Assembly (NCBI GenBank): GCA_046704725.1
Contig: JBJKRI010000005.1
Location: 160,001-224,000 of the forward strand
Reading direction: 5' to 3'
DNA: 64,000 nucleotides
DNA from: Candidatus Woesearchaeota archaeon
Lineage (GTDB): Archaea; Nanobdellota; Nanobdellia; Woesearchaeales; SKIA01
Numbering within the stretch: the first letter of the stretch is position 1; every line of letters begins with the position of its first letter. Positions 36,461-46,409 of this stretch are shown piece after piece. Below the pieces are notes generated by a model that was not told where the DNA came from, did not search any database, and saw only the letters and a list, made by a program, of their open reading frames with translations. A program made the position numbers and the translations under genes.

Positions 36461-36826
36461 ATGGACCGCGGAGAAGCGCTCTTGGAGATGCTCGCGCTAC
36501 AGATCGATGGCTCGATGCGCGCGGCAGGAGCGGTCGTGTCCGCAATGCTCTCATCGGGCGACCCGTTCACCATCGAATCGGGCTCTGCCCTCTTGCGCCC
36601 ACTCTACCAGCACATCGCCGATGTGGCGTATACCGCGAGCACGAACATCCCGGGAGACCCTGCAGGGATGCTCGCTGTGGCATGCGGGCTTGCTGAACAC
36701 CCCCGGCAGGTCGCATTGTTCGTGCCCGCCCTGTATGTCACGGAAGAAGGGGTGGCCCCGCTGACCGCTCGCATCCGGCTCGGGAAAGAAGAAGAAAAAG
36801 AAATGGAGCCCTACGATATCGCGTAG
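36461..36826 (+). CDS. Hypothetical protein
   Basis: 121-aa ORF after gcgtatatac promoter-like site. Confidence 0.5.
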   Translation: MDRGEALLEMLALQIDGSMRAAGAVVSAMLSSGDPFTIESGSALLRPLYQHIADVAYTASTNIPGDPAGMLAVACGLAEHPRQVALFVPALYVTEEGVAPLTARIRLGKEEEKEMEPYDIA

Positions 36827-37545
36827 GTGACGCTCACTGTCGCGGAGACGGTGACCTTCGAGGGCTCTGCAGGGGTGCTCGGAGCGCTCGAACCGGTCGT
36901 GGACGCCTCGCGGGCGTACATGATCGGCCCGGGGAAGTTCACGTTGCTCTCCGAGACGCTCTTGACCTTGCCGAGACTCACGCCGAGGCCGTCAGCGACC
37001 GCTTGCGCCTGGGTCTTGGCGTGCTGGCCCGCCTCTGTTAGCAACTGGGTCTGGACCTGTTTCCGCAAGGCATCGGTCAGGTCGTAGCTGACCTGCGGCA
37101 CGCTGTTCGCGCCCGCGTTCACGCCAGCGTCGATCGCGTCGCCGACCGTGCTCGTGTTCGTCATGGTGAGCTGCACGGTGTTGGTCGCGCGATAGAACTG
37201 GATGTGCAGGTCGCGAGACGAGCCCGCCGGCAACGTGCCGTAGTCATAGACCGGGTACACGGTGTACTGTTGGGTCTCGACGGTGCCGTAGCCCTTGAGA
37301 GCGGCGACGACCGCGCTCATCCTCTGGGCGTTCTGCTGCGCTGCCGCTTCGGACGTGTTGGCTTCGGTGACCACGGAGAAGCTGAGCTTCGCCTGGTCTG
37401 GCATGACGTCGCGCTGGGCCTGTCCCTGCACCGTCACTGTCGGTGTGGTCGTTCCTGTATTGGGTTGGAGCAGCGCGACCAGTCCCGCGGCGACGATGCC
37501 GGTGGCCAGGACGAGGACCGCTGCTGCGATGAGCATGTTCTTCAT
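36811..37545 (-). CDS. SIMPL (DUF541) domain protein
   Basis: VTVQGQA...V.PD.A, AGVNAGAN, A.AVA.GLGVSLGKVKSVSE, VSATVSVTY. Confidence 0.9.
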   Translation of the reverse strand: MKNMLIAAAVLVLATGIVAAGLVALLQPNTGTTTPTVTVQGQAQRDVMPDQAKLSFSVVTEANTSEAAAQQNAQRMSAVVAALKGYGTVETQQYTVYPVYDYGTLPAGSSRDLHIQFYRATNTVQLTMTNTSTVGDAIDAGVNAGANSVPQVSYDLTDALRKQVQTQLLTEAGQHAKTQAQAVADGLGVSLGKVKSVSESNVNFPGPIMYAREASTTGSSAPSTPAEPSKVTVSATVSVTYAIS

Positions 37546-37667
37546 GGTATCACCGCTCTTTCTAATGCGAGGGACTATTTATATGCGGCGAAGGCTGCGA
37601 ACGGGGTCGCATCAACGTTTTCACCGTCGAGCGACAGCATTTTAAGTATGGGCCTTGTCCGCGCACC

Positions 37668-38264
37668 ATGCGACCGCTCTATGTTGGCCTTGCCGCAGTG
37701 CTGGCCGCAACCCCTGCGTACGCCCAGCAAGCACAGGTCAGTACGACGATGCAAGCGCCAGTAGTAACGGAGGTGGCTGGGCCGCACCCGGACACCGTCT
37801 GGTCGCGCAACGCGCAAAAGCATCCGGACAAATGCATGGCGTATGGCAACATCCTCTCCAACCACGGTCCACCGCTCTCGCCTGCGATCCGGGAGCGTCT
37901 TCTCACCGGGGGAACGATTCCGGATAGCGCCCTTCCCGACAGCCTCGAGGGGCGTTTCGTGGTCTTCAGCTCGGAGTTGCCCGACTCCGCGAAGAAACTC
38001 GCGCACACCTACGACGCTTCCTTGAAACAGCTCTCTTGGGAGCTCAAACTGGTGCCTGGCCTTTGGGCGGAGCAGAAGCGGGCGTTCGAGGACTTGTGGC
38101 CCCTGCGGCCCGGAGACGTCTATGTCATGCCCTGCGAAGACCTGGATAAGAAGTGGCACCATCCGCACCCGCCGTTCTTTCGTATGTCGCCCCTGGACGA
38201 TACCGCGCGGCAAGTGCTCCGGGATACGAAAATCCCCGTCTATTCGACGACGTTCCGGCGGTAG
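37668..38264 (+). CDS. Secreted hypothetical protein
   Basis: Signal peptide ending AYA|Q. Confidence 0.6.
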   Translation: MRPLYVGLAAVLAATPAYAQQAQVSTTMQAPVVTEVAGPHPDTVWSRNAQKHPDKCMAYGNILSNHGPPLSPAIRERLLTGGTIPDSALPDSLEGRFVVFSSELPDSAKKLAHTYDASLKQLSWELKLVPGLWAEQKRAFEDLWPLRPGDVYVMPCEDLDKKWHHPHPPFFRMSPLDDTARQVLRDTKIPVYSTTFRR

Positions 38265-38524
38265 TCCCAGGGGCTGTGGCCGAAGTGGATGATGAGGTCG
38301 ACGCCGACGTTTCGCGCCTCGACGGGCAGGTCGCACGCGCCGAAGTTGCTGCCTTGCCAGACGAAGACCTCTTCTGCGTCGGTGTTCTCTCGCACGCGCT
38401 TGAGGATCTCGTGGGCGTGCATCTTGAGCCCGTCGGGGAACTGGAGGAGCACTCTCTTGGCGTTGTGCTCCTTGACCGCGTCTATCACGGCCTTCTCGTC
38501 GAAATCCCAGAGGTCGTCTTGCAT
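38240..38524 (-). CDS. Short diphthamide synthesis Dph1/Dph2-like protein (N-terminal domain only)
   Basis: LLQFPDGLK, NFGACDL, DLIIHFGHS; only 94 aa. Confidence 0.85.
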   Translation of the reverse strand: MQDDLWDFDEKAVIDAVKEHNAKRVLLQFPDGLKMHAHEILKRVRENTDAEEVFVWQGSNFGACDLPVEARNVGVDLIIHFGHSPWDYRRNVVE

Positions 38525-38554
38525 GGAGCGGAGAATCCGGCCCGGTTCAAAAAG

Positions 38555-38812
38555 CTACTCCAGGAAGAGGTCGTCGAGCTCCTGTTTGGAGAGCTTGCTC
38601 TTGTTGAGGACGGACATCTTGGGCCGCTTGGCCTTGCGCCCGGTCACGCTGTCGTGCTCGAACTCCTCGACGTCGGCGTCGACCTGCGCGTCCTCGGCGA
38701 AGATCTGGTCGTAGTCCTGCTCGAAGGGGTCCTCCTCTTCGAGGTCCTCGAGGTAGCCGGCCTCTTCGAGGTCGGTCTCGCCTTCATAATCGTCCACATA
38801 GTCTTCTGTCAT
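38555..38812 (-). CDS. Highly acidic small protein
   Basis: D/E-rich N-terminal two thirds, short basic patch, host-like codons. Confidence 0.7.
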   Translation of the reverse strand: MTEDYVDDYEGETDLEEAGYLEDLEEEDPFEQDYDQIFAEDAQVDADVEEFEHDSVTGRKAKRPKMSVLNKSKLSKQELDDLFLE

Positions 38813-38932
38813 GGTCTTGGAAGGAATGCTGCGCGAGAATGCTATAGTATCTAAGGGATGAGTTCTTTTATAAACGTATCGCTTTTCGGGTGGCGAAGAA
38901 CCTTTTTATACTGTCCTCGGCAGTGCTGGCCG

Positions 38933-39448
38933 ATGCGAAAGGGGCAGTTCTACATGATCGACGCCTTCTTCGCGGCGGCCATCCTCTTCGTGGGGATCGG
39001 CTTCGTCGTGACCAGCTATGTCTCTGTCCCGCAGCAGCGCCAGACACAGCTCATCAGTCAGGACCTCGTCACGCTGCTCACCCAGACACGCATCGGCGAC
39101 CTGCAGAACAGCTACGTGCGGGCGAACTATCCTATCCTCGACGAGGACCTCTCGCCCATGCAGCAGGTGCACCGCTGGTGGTACAACGACACCGTCGTCA
39201 ATCCAGGAGGCTGCCCGTCATGCCTGACAAACGCGACAGCCCTGATCAGCGCCCTGGTCAACGACGTGGTCGGCCCGCAATACGGCGTCGAGGTCATCCT
39301 GGACAACCAGACGCCGTTCATCGTCTACTCCAGGCCTTTGCAACGGACGCCCGCAGCCATGATCGTCAAGCGCGCGGTGCTGCTCACGCAATGGAACCAG
39401 ACAACGATCATCGGACCCGCCACGATGGAGGTGCGCGTATGGCGTTAG
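38933..39448 (+). CDS. Class III signal peptide (minor pilin-like) protein
   Basis: MRKG|QFYMIDAFFAAAILF. Confidence 0.8.
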   Translation: MRKGQFYMIDAFFAAAILFVGIGFVVTSYVSVPQQRQTQLISQDLVTLLTQTRIGDLQNSYVRANYPILDEDLSPMQQVHRWWYNDTVVNPGGCPSCLTNATALISALVNDVVGPQYGVEVILDNQTPFIVYSRPLQRTPAAMIVKRAVLLTQWNQTTIIGPATMEVRVWR

Positions 39449-40401
39449 GGCGCAAAGGCATATTCTTCTCGCTGTCGGCGATCCTGCTCGTCGGACTCAT
39501 CTTCGTCATCCTCAACGCGATCCCGCCGCAGAACACCGCGCGCAGCACGGTGCTGCGCGTCGAGGACGTGCAGAGCGACGCGAACATCGCGATGAACCAG
39601 GAGATCCCGCTCATCCTGCGCGTGCACGCCTTCCAGACGATGCAAGAGCTCGCCGACACGGCCTACACCCGATCGCCCGATCCCTTCGACAACGAACAGT
39701 CCGTAGAATTCGCGTTCTCCACATGCATGGCGAGCCCCTATTGTCCATACAACACCGGGAGATACCACTACAACAGCGTACAGGCCGATATCAACGCTCT
39801 TGAACAGACCTATAACGACAGCCTGCAGTACGACGCGCACTTCTCGCTGAGCAACTTCAATATCACGCAGGTCGGACCATGGGACCTGTATGTGCAGGCG
39901 GACCTCTCGCTGTACATGCGCGACGCCGCAGGCATGGTGACCGTCAACCGCACCAAAGTGCACCTGGCCACGACGATGAGCATCGTCGGCCTGCTCGACC
40001 CGTACGCGAGCCGTCTGGCGCACCAGCAGCGATACGTGAGCCGGGCGATACTGCCGCTCAACGACAGCTGGACGGCCGAGCTCATCTACAACGAATCCGT
40101 CATCGGCTCGTACCGCGAGGACATCAGCCCGCAGAACGGCAGCTCCGCCGGGCGCGCCCCGTCGTACATGCAACGGCTCTTGGCCAACCCGCAGCCGAGC
40201 GGATACGGCATCTACAGTCTGATGCCGCCCGGAGTTCGGCCCAGCAAGCACTCCTCGGACCTCGACTACGAGACCGGCACGTACAACAACACCGTCTGGG
40301 TGCACTACAACGCGCAAGGATTCTACCTCTCGCAATACGGCGCGTTGCTCTACAACGCCACGAACGGGCTGGGGCACAACAACGGAAGCGGCATCGGTTA
40401 G
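39439..40401 (+). CDS. Class III signal peptide (pilin-like/adhesin) protein
   Basis: RKG|IFFSLSAILLVGLIF; GGAGGTG upstream. Confidence 0.8.
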   Translation: MALGRKGIFFSLSAILLVGLIFVILNAIPPQNTARSTVLRVEDVQSDANIAMNQEIPLILRVHAFQTMQELADTAYTRSPDPFDNEQSVEFAFSTCMASPYCPYNTGRYHYNSVQADINALEQTYNDSLQYDAHFSLSNFNITQVGPWDLYVQADLSLYMRDAAGMVTVNRTKVHLATTMSIVGLLDPYASRLAHQQRYVSRAILPLNDSWTAELIYNESVIGSYREDISPQNGSSAGRAPSYMQRLLANPQPSGYGIYSLMPPGVRPSKHSSDLDYETGTYNNTVWVHYNAQGFYLSQYGALLYNATNGLGHNNGSGIG

Positions 40402-40483
40402 GTATATCCACTGTCTGATAGGGATAAACGTTTAAATAGCGTCTTCCGGGGTTCCAAGCACTAAAGGAGGGAGTATCCAGGTC

Positions 40484-40933
40484 TTGACAGAGCTGCAGAC
40501 AGGCGTTGACCAACTCATGAAGCTGGTCAAGGAAAAGAAGAAGATATCGGTCACCGACGCGGCAAAAGAACTGAAGGTGCCCGTCAAGAGCGTGCAGTCC
40601 TGGGTGGATTTCCTCGTCGAGGAGCATGTGCTCGGCGTCGAGTACAAATTCACCACCCCCTACGTCTACGTCAACAGCGAAGAGCGCATGCAGGCGGTGG
40701 AGCACGAGAAGAAAGAGAACTACTCCCTCAAGGACTTCAAGGACGTGTTCTACTCGTACGCGCAGACCAAGAACATGCCGGCCGAGCGACTGCCGCACCT
40801 ATGGCACGAGCACGTACGGTTCACAGCGGAGGGACAGAAGGACTACTTCCTCGAGGAATGCCAACGACGCGGCGTAAACAACGCCGTGCAGCTCTACAAG
40901 GAATACGTGGAGGAACTCTTGCATGGAGCTTGA
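40484..40933 (+). CDS. Pilus-locus hypothetical protein with N-terminal HTH-like segment
   Basis: TGVDQLMKLVKEKKKISVTDAAKELKV..W..FL.E; TTG start after AGGAGG. Confidence 0.75.
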   Translation: MTELQTGVDQLMKLVKEKKKISVTDAAKELKVPVKSVQSWVDFLVEEHVLGVEYKFTTPYVYVNSEERMQAVEHEKKENYSLKDFKDVFYSYAQTKNMPAERLPHLWHEHVRFTAEGQKDYFLEECQRRGVNNAVQLYKEYVEELLHGA

Positions 40934-42263
40934 GCAATGGATCCGCGACGACATGCGCCGGTTCATCGCCAGCCACCTGCCCGCGACAAAGAACACGAGC
41001 CCCGCGCGCCTCGAGGACCACGGGCAGATCACGCACAAGGACTATGACACGCTCATCCGGCGCCTGCTCACACAGGACCGGTACGCGGACGCGACGCAGG
41101 CGTTCAAGGAGCTGCGCGACACGTTCGAAGGGCTTCCGATGGATCATCAGGAAGAGCGCAAGCAGTACTACCGCATCCTCCAGCGCGCGTACAAGCAGAT
41201 CTACGACTACGTCGCGGACAAGCACAAGACCGCCCGCATCATGGCGCAGCTCTCGCAGGACGCGAACGTGTTCGACAAGAACGTCGCGCCCGTGGACCTG
41301 GACCAAGAGCGCACAGGGATGCCCATGCCGAGCATCGAGGACGCGATGGTCAGCCGCGGAAAGGAGAAAGCGGAAGAGCAGCACATCACCGTGACCGTGC
41401 AGCAGATGCCAGCACCGGCCGCACCGATCGCTGCGACCCCTCCCCCTGCGCCGGAGCATCACGCGGAACCAATCACGTCGACCTCTGTGCGCGAACCGCC
41501 GGTCCAGCACGCGCCGACGCCTCCCGTGCCAAAAGCGATCCCATCCCTTCCGCCGGCCTCCGACCTGCCGAAGCGTTCCCCACATCCTGTGCCGCAACCA
41601 CCGTCTCCCGCTCCGAAAGCGCAGGCGCAGAAACCATTGCCGTCGCACGTGCCGGACCTATCGGGGATGAAGCGCTCACACCACGAACTGCATATCCACG
41701 ACTCGCCCCCACCGCTACATCACGCGCTGCGAACCGAACCGCACGAGAAGAGCGTGCGCGACATCCTGCACGACGCCTTCCGGGAGCGCGAGAGCCACCC
41801 GAATCCCGCCTGGCATCCTCCGAAGCTGCACGTGCCACCACCGAAGAGGATCGAGCGCCCCGCGCACGAGGACCGACGCAGCATCCAGCTCCTCTCGGCC
41901 CAGACGCTCCTGCATGAGGCGCAGCGCTCGCTGCAAGGCAAGAACGCGAAGAGCGCGCAGGAGAAGCTCCTCGAAGCCCGCTTCGAGCTCGCGCGTGCGG
42001 GCGGGGACGACGCGATGCGCACGCATCTTGAACGGCTCGAGCGCGACGTCGCGCAGCAGATAGACAAGGAACGCCCGCGGGTGCGCGACGTGGAACTGTT
42101 CTCGAGCGCCTACCTGCAAGGAGTGCAGGCGATGGCGGCGGGAGACTACAGCAAGGCCGCGGAACTCTTCAGCCGCCGCATACAGCAGACACCGTTCGAC
42201 CGCGCGGCCCGGATACGGCTCGCAGAATGCATGGAGGTACTCAATGGCAAAGACGCTCGATAG
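40923..42263 (+). CDS. Proline-rich linker protein with TPR-like C-terminus
   Basis: Helical N-terminus, Pro/His-rich middle, YLQGVQAMAAGDYSKAAELF..P.DRAARIRL. Confidence 0.75.
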   Translation: MELEQWIRDDMRRFIASHLPATKNTSPARLEDHGQITHKDYDTLIRRLLTQDRYADATQAFKELRDTFEGLPMDHQEERKQYYRILQRAYKQIYDYVADKHKTARIMAQLSQDANVFDKNVAPVDLDQERTGMPMPSIEDAMVSRGKEKAEEQHITVTVQQMPAPAAPIAATPPPAPEHHAEPITSTSVREPPVQHAPTPPVPKAIPSLPPASDLPKRSPHPVPQPPSPAPKAQAQKPLPSHVPDLSGMKRSHHELHIHDSPPPLHHALRTEPHEKSVRDILHDAFRERESHPNPAWHPPKLHVPPPKRIERPAHEDRRSIQLLSAQTLLHEAQRSLQGKNAKSAQEKLLEARFELARAGGDDAMRTHLERLERDVAQQIDKERPRVRDVELFSSAYLQGVQAMAAGDYSKAAELFSRRIQQTPFDRAARIRLAECMEVLNGKDAR

Positions 42264-43935
42264 CTACACCGTCACCGTGAACGACATCATGGTGGACATC
42301 AGTATCCAGGAGGAGGAAGGAGAGCCGGTACCGCTCTACAGCCTGTCCATCACGAACATCAGCGAGACGACAAAGCTCATCCTCGAGAAGATCCGCCAGG
42401 AGTTCGTCAGCGAACTGGACACGAAGCAGATCGAGGAGGCGGAGGAGGAGCAGGGCGTCGACTACATCCGACAGCATTTCGAGGAGGAGATCAAGAAGCT
42501 CATCAAGAAGTACTTCCCCGAAGCGGACGAGCAGACCATGGACATGCTCGTCAACTACCTCGTCGAGGAGAACCTCGGCCTGGGGAAGATCGAGATCCTC
42601 CTGCACGACCCGAACCTCGAGGAGATCGTCATCAACAACGCGGAAGAACCGGTCTGGGTCTATCACCGCAAGCACGCATGGCTCAAGACGAATATCCGCA
42701 TCCTGTCGGAATCGCGTATCAGGCACTACGCGATGCAGATCGGCCGCGGAGTCGGAAAAGAGATCACGAGCCTCGCACCGCTCATGGACGCCCACCTGTC
42801 GAGCGGGGACCGTGTCAACGCGACCCTGTACCCCATCAGCAGCAAGGGAAACACCATCACCATCAGGAAGTTCGCCGACGACCCATGGACCATCACGAAG
42901 TTCATCAAGGAAGGGACCATCAGCTTCACCGCGGCAGCGCTCATCTGGCTGGCCATCCAGAACGAGCTGTCCATCCTCATCGCGGGCGGCACGGGCAGCG
43001 GAAAGACGAGCATGCTCAACGTGATTGCGAACTTCTTCCCGCCCAACCAGCGCATCCTCTCCATCGAGGACACGCGCGAGTTGACATTGCCGAACACCTT
43101 GCACTGGGTCCCGATGGAGACGCGCCTCGCTAATCCTGAAGGGAAAGGCGAGGTGACGATGCTCGACCTGCTCGTCAACAGCCTGCGTATGCGTCCCGAC
43201 CGCATCATCGTGGGAGAGATCAGACGGAAGCGTGAAGCGGAGGTATTGCTCGAGGCCATCCACACCGGACACTCCGTCTACGGCACCATCCACGCGAACG
43301 ACGCCGACGAGGTCGTCACACGATTGACGAACGACCCGATCGGCATCCCGAAACCCATGATCAGCAGCCTCGGGCTCGTCGTCGTGCAGAACAGGAACCG
43401 CCGGACGGGAAAGCGCCGCACCCTGCAGATCGCCGAGATACTTGGCACCGGGGACCCGAACGTGCTCCTGCAGCTCGACATCTTCAACGACCGACTCGTC
43501 AAGATCCGCGACTCGGAAGCGGTGATGGAGAAGCTGCGGCTGTACACCGGCATGTCCCCCGACCAGCTCTCCAAGGACCTCGAGGAGAAGGTACGCATCC
43601 TCAAGTGGATGCTGTTCGCCGGCAAGGAGGACGTCAATGAGATCGGCCTCATCATGAGCGACTACTATCGCGGCGAGCTCGACATCTCCCAGCGCGAGGC
43701 GGAGCTGCACGCGCGGCAACAGGCGCTCCCCTCCGAGCTCAAGAACCCTGCAGCCTCTCCTGGATCCGCTGCGTCCGGACCGCACAATAGCAAACCGGCG
43801 ATTCCTGCGCAGCACAACCCTGCAGCGTCCCCCAAGCCCGCCGCGTCCGGACCGCATAATCCACAACAGGCGCATCCCGCAGAGCACAAGCCTTCCGGCG
43901 CCTCCCCCGGGAAGCCGCCGGAGACAAAGAAGTGA
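42244..43935 (+). CDS. Type IV pilus assembly ATPase (CpaF/VirB11/FlaI family)
   Basis: ITIRKF, GGTGSGKT, SIEDTREL, LRMRPDRIIVGEIR, TGHSVYGTIHA. Confidence 0.95.
   Translation: MAKTLDSYTVTVNDIMVDISIQEEEGEPVPLYSLSITNISETTKLILEKIRQEFVSELDTKQIEEAEEEQGVDYIRQHFEEEIKKLIKKYFPEADEQTMDMLVNYLVEENLGLGKIEILLHDPNLEEIVINNAEEPVWVYHRKHAWLKTNIRILSESRIRHYAMQIGRGVGKEITSLAPLMDAHLSSGDRVNATLYPISSKGNTITIRKFADDPWTITKFIKEGTISFTAAALIWLAIQNELSILIAGGTGSGKTSMLNVIANFFPPNQRILSIEDTRELTLPNTLHWVPMETRLANPEGKGEVTMLDLLVNSLRMRPDRIIVGEIRRKREAEVLLEAIHTGHSVYGTIHANDADEVVTRLTNDPIGIPKPMISSLGLVVVQNRNRRTGKRRTLQIAEILGTGDPNVLLQLDIFNDRLVKIRDSEAVMEKLRLYTGMSPDQLSKDLEEKVRILKWMLFAGKEDVNEIGLIMSDYYRGELDISQREAELHARQQALPSELKNPAASPGSAASGPHNSKPAIPAQHNPAASPKPAASGPHNPQQAHPAEHKPSGASPGKPPETKK
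43744..43860 (+). repeat. Two imperfect 45-nt coding repeats with 72-nt period (NPAASPxxAASGPHN)
   Basis: 43744-43788 and 43816-43860 in the ATPase tail. Confidence 0.8.
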
Positions 43936-44738
43936 TGCTGAAGTACCTGACGAGCAAGTTCCCGCACCTCAAGCACCAGCTGCGCGTCGCGCACATGGCG
44001 ACCAAGCCCGAGGCGTTCATCAAGCGCGCATTGACGCGAGCGGCGCTCGGATCATTCCTGCTCAGCATCCTGCTCGCGATGCTCATCAGCAAGACGAACG
44101 GATCGTGGGGGCTGTGGGCGTTCGTGACCGTCGCGATGTTCCTCGGCGGCTTCTGGCTGGGGATGAAGAAACCGCTTATCCTCGCGCGCAAACGCGCCGT
44201 GGACATCGACCGGGAGGTGCTGTTCGCGGGACGCTTCCTGCTCATCAAACTGCACTCCGGAAAGCCTTTGGTGAACGCGCTCATCGAGGCGGCGCAGAGC
44301 TACGGGGTGGCGAGCAAGTACTTCGCCGAGATCGTGCGCGACATCGAGCTCGGGACGACCCTCGAGGACGCGATCGAGCGTTCGATGACTTACACGCCGA
44401 GCGACGCGTTCCGCAAGATCCTCTTCCAGATCCATAACGCGCTCCGGCTCGGCATCGATGTCACGCAGAGCCTGGAAGCGGTGCTCGAGGACATCACGAA
44501 GGAGCAACTCCTCGAGATCGAGCGCTACGGCAAGAAGCTGCCGAGCGCGACGCTGTTCTACATGCTCCTCGCGATCGTGTTCCCGAGCCTGGGGATGACG
44601 ATATTCACCGTCATCATGACCTTCACGAGCATCACCATGAACATGACAAGCTACATGGTCGTCGTCTTGTTCCTCGCCATCATCAACTTCTTGTTCATCA
44701 CCGTCTTCAGGGCGATACGGCCGAAGGTGAATATCTGA
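43935..44738 (+). CDS. Type II secretion F / TadB-TadC-like membrane platform protein
   Basis: SGKPLVNAL, F.EIV.DIELG..LEDAI, multiple TM. Confidence 0.88.
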   Translation: MLKYLTSKFPHLKHQLRVAHMATKPEAFIKRALTRAALGSFLLSILLAMLISKTNGSWGLWAFVTVAMFLGGFWLGMKKPLILARKRAVDIDREVLFAGRFLLIKLHSGKPLVNALIEAAQSYGVASKYFAEIVRDIELGTTLEDAIERSMTYTPSDAFRKILFQIHNALRLGIDVTQSLEAVLEDITKEQLLEIERYGKKLPSATLFYMLLAIVFPSLGMTIFTVIMTFTSITMNMTSYMVVVLFLAIINFLFITVFRAIRPKVNI

Positions 44739-45790
44739 TGGCGAAACTGCAGGAGTACGCGGAGAGCTTCGGGCGAAGCATCATCCCGAAACGGTTCCGC
44801 GACCCCTTGCAACAGTACCTGCTCAAGGCGGGCTTCGACCGCGTGCCGTACAGTGCGTTCGCAGGCATGTTCCTCGTGGCGGTCGTCATCACCTACATCC
44901 TGTTCTTGTTCGTGTACCCCTTACTGTCGAGCCTCGCGATATACCTGCTCGCCGTCGTTACGCTCGCGTTCTGGGTGCTGTGCCTGGGAGCGCTGGTCGC
45001 GCTGGCCATGTTCTTCATCTGGACGTACCTGAACCTCACCATCTACAACCGGACGAAGGAGATGGAGGACCGGCTGCCTGACTACCTATCGCTGGTCGTC
45101 ACCAACCTGCGCAGCGGGATGTCGTTCGACAAGAGCCTCTGGGCCGCCATCCGCCCGGAGTTCGGCGTGCTCGCGCGCGAAATCACCATGGTGAGCAAGA
45201 AGGTCATGACCGGCAACGACACCGCGGACGCGCTCACCGAATTCGCGAAGCGGTACGACAGCCCGATCCTTCGGCGCAGCATGAACCTCATCATCAGCGA
45301 GATCGAGTCGGGCGGAGAGATCGCTTCTGTGATCGAACGCGTCATCGAGAACCTGAGAAAGACGCACCAGCTCAAGAAGGAGATGGCCGCGTCCGTCGTG
45401 AGCTACATGATCTTCATCAGTATCATCACGATGGTGCTCTCGCCGATACTGTTCGCGCTGGCGAACACCATCCTCAAGGTGATCCTGGGTTTCGCGGTGC
45501 AGATAGCGCACTCCCAGAGCGGCTCGGTCAGCGTCGGCGGAGCCGCTTCGGTCATCAAGACATTCGGAAAGCTTTCCACCGTGGGGGACCAACTGTCCCG
45601 GGACTTCCACACCTTCAGCTACATCGCCTTGGGCACCGTCAGCATCTTCGCGGGGATGATCGTGAGCATCATCGAGAAAGGGGATATCCGTGGCGGGGTC
45701 AAGTACATCCCTGTCTTCGTGAGCATCACCATGGTGCTCTTCTACTTCGCGAGCAGGATACTCGCTGCGATGTTCGCCGGGCTGCTCTGA
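44738..45790 (+). CDS. Type II secretion F / TadC-like membrane platform protein
   Basis: EDRLPDYL...NLRSGM, PEFGVLAREI, ESGGEIA. Confidence 0.9.
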   Translation: MAKLQEYAESFGRSIIPKRFRDPLQQYLLKAGFDRVPYSAFAGMFLVAVVITYILFLFVYPLLSSLAIYLLAVVTLAFWVLCLGALVALAMFFIWTYLNLTIYNRTKEMEDRLPDYLSLVVTNLRSGMSFDKSLWAAIRPEFGVLAREITMVSKKVMTGNDTADALTEFAKRYDSPILRRSMNLIISEIESGGEIASVIERVIENLRKTHQLKKEMAASVVSYMIFISIITMVLSPILFALANTILKVILGFAVQIAHSQSGSVSVGGAASVIKTFGKLSTVGDQLSRDFHTFSYIALGTVSIFAGMIVSIIEKGDIRGGVKYIPVFVSITMVLFYFASRILAAMFAGLL

Positions 45791-45870
45791 GCCGCTCTGC
45801 GGTCCACGGGGGAAGCTTTATATACCGTACGCCCCAGAAAGAGCGTAACAGATAGGTGAGGTTTTTCCAT

Positions 45871-46368
45871 ATGATACAACGAAAGGCACAAGCGGCGCTT
45901 GAATTCCTCTCGACGTATGGCTTTGCGTTCCTGATTATCCTCGTCATGATCGGCGCGCTGGCGTACTTCGGCGTCCTCAACCCGCAGCGCTTCCTCCCGG
46001 AGCGATGCATGATGGGCCAGGAGTTCAACTGCGCGGACCACTACATCGGCGTCTCGGCGGGCAGCGGTAACATGCTGGTGAACGTCTCGCTCACGAACAA
46101 CCTGGGCACGACGATCACGAGCCTGAGCGGCACCGCGAACATGACCGGCGTCGGCGGAGGGACATGCACCTCGCCGTCCACGACGGTCGCGAGCGGCGCG
46201 ACGTTCCACATGAACTGCGCACTGACCCTCGATACCGGCGTGACTGCATGGCCTGCGGTCGGACAGAAGGCGAAGGTCGAGCTCCAGATAAACTATAAGG
46301 AGCAAGGCAAGTCCTACTTGCACCCGGTGCAAGGAGAGGTCTTCGCGACCATCCAGAGCGCTCCATAA
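45871..46368 (+). CDS. Type IV pilin (class III signal)
   Basis: RKA|QAALEFLSTYGFAFLIILVMIGALAYFGVLNP; paired Cys; own TATA ctttatata. Confidence 0.9.
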   Translation: MIQRKAQAALEFLSTYGFAFLIILVMIGALAYFGVLNPQRFLPERCMMGQEFNCADHYIGVSAGSGNMLVNVSLTNNLGTTITSLSGTANMTGVGGGTCTSPSTTVASGATFHMNCALTLDTGVTAWPAVGQKAKVELQINYKEQGKSYLHPVQGEVFATIQSAP

Positions 46369-46372
46369 GCGC

Positions 46373-46400
46373 TTTTTTCTTTTCTTTTCTCCTTTCCCAC
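46373..46400 (+). terminator. Oligo-T/pyrimidine tract after the pilin gene
   Basis: ttttttcttttcttttct directly after the stop codon. Confidence 0.55.
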
Positions 46401-46409
46401 TTTATTCCC

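Noticed and set aside
41400-41880. Tandem DNA repeat in the Pro-rich region
   Set aside because: Low-complexity protein composition without a fixed nucleotide period
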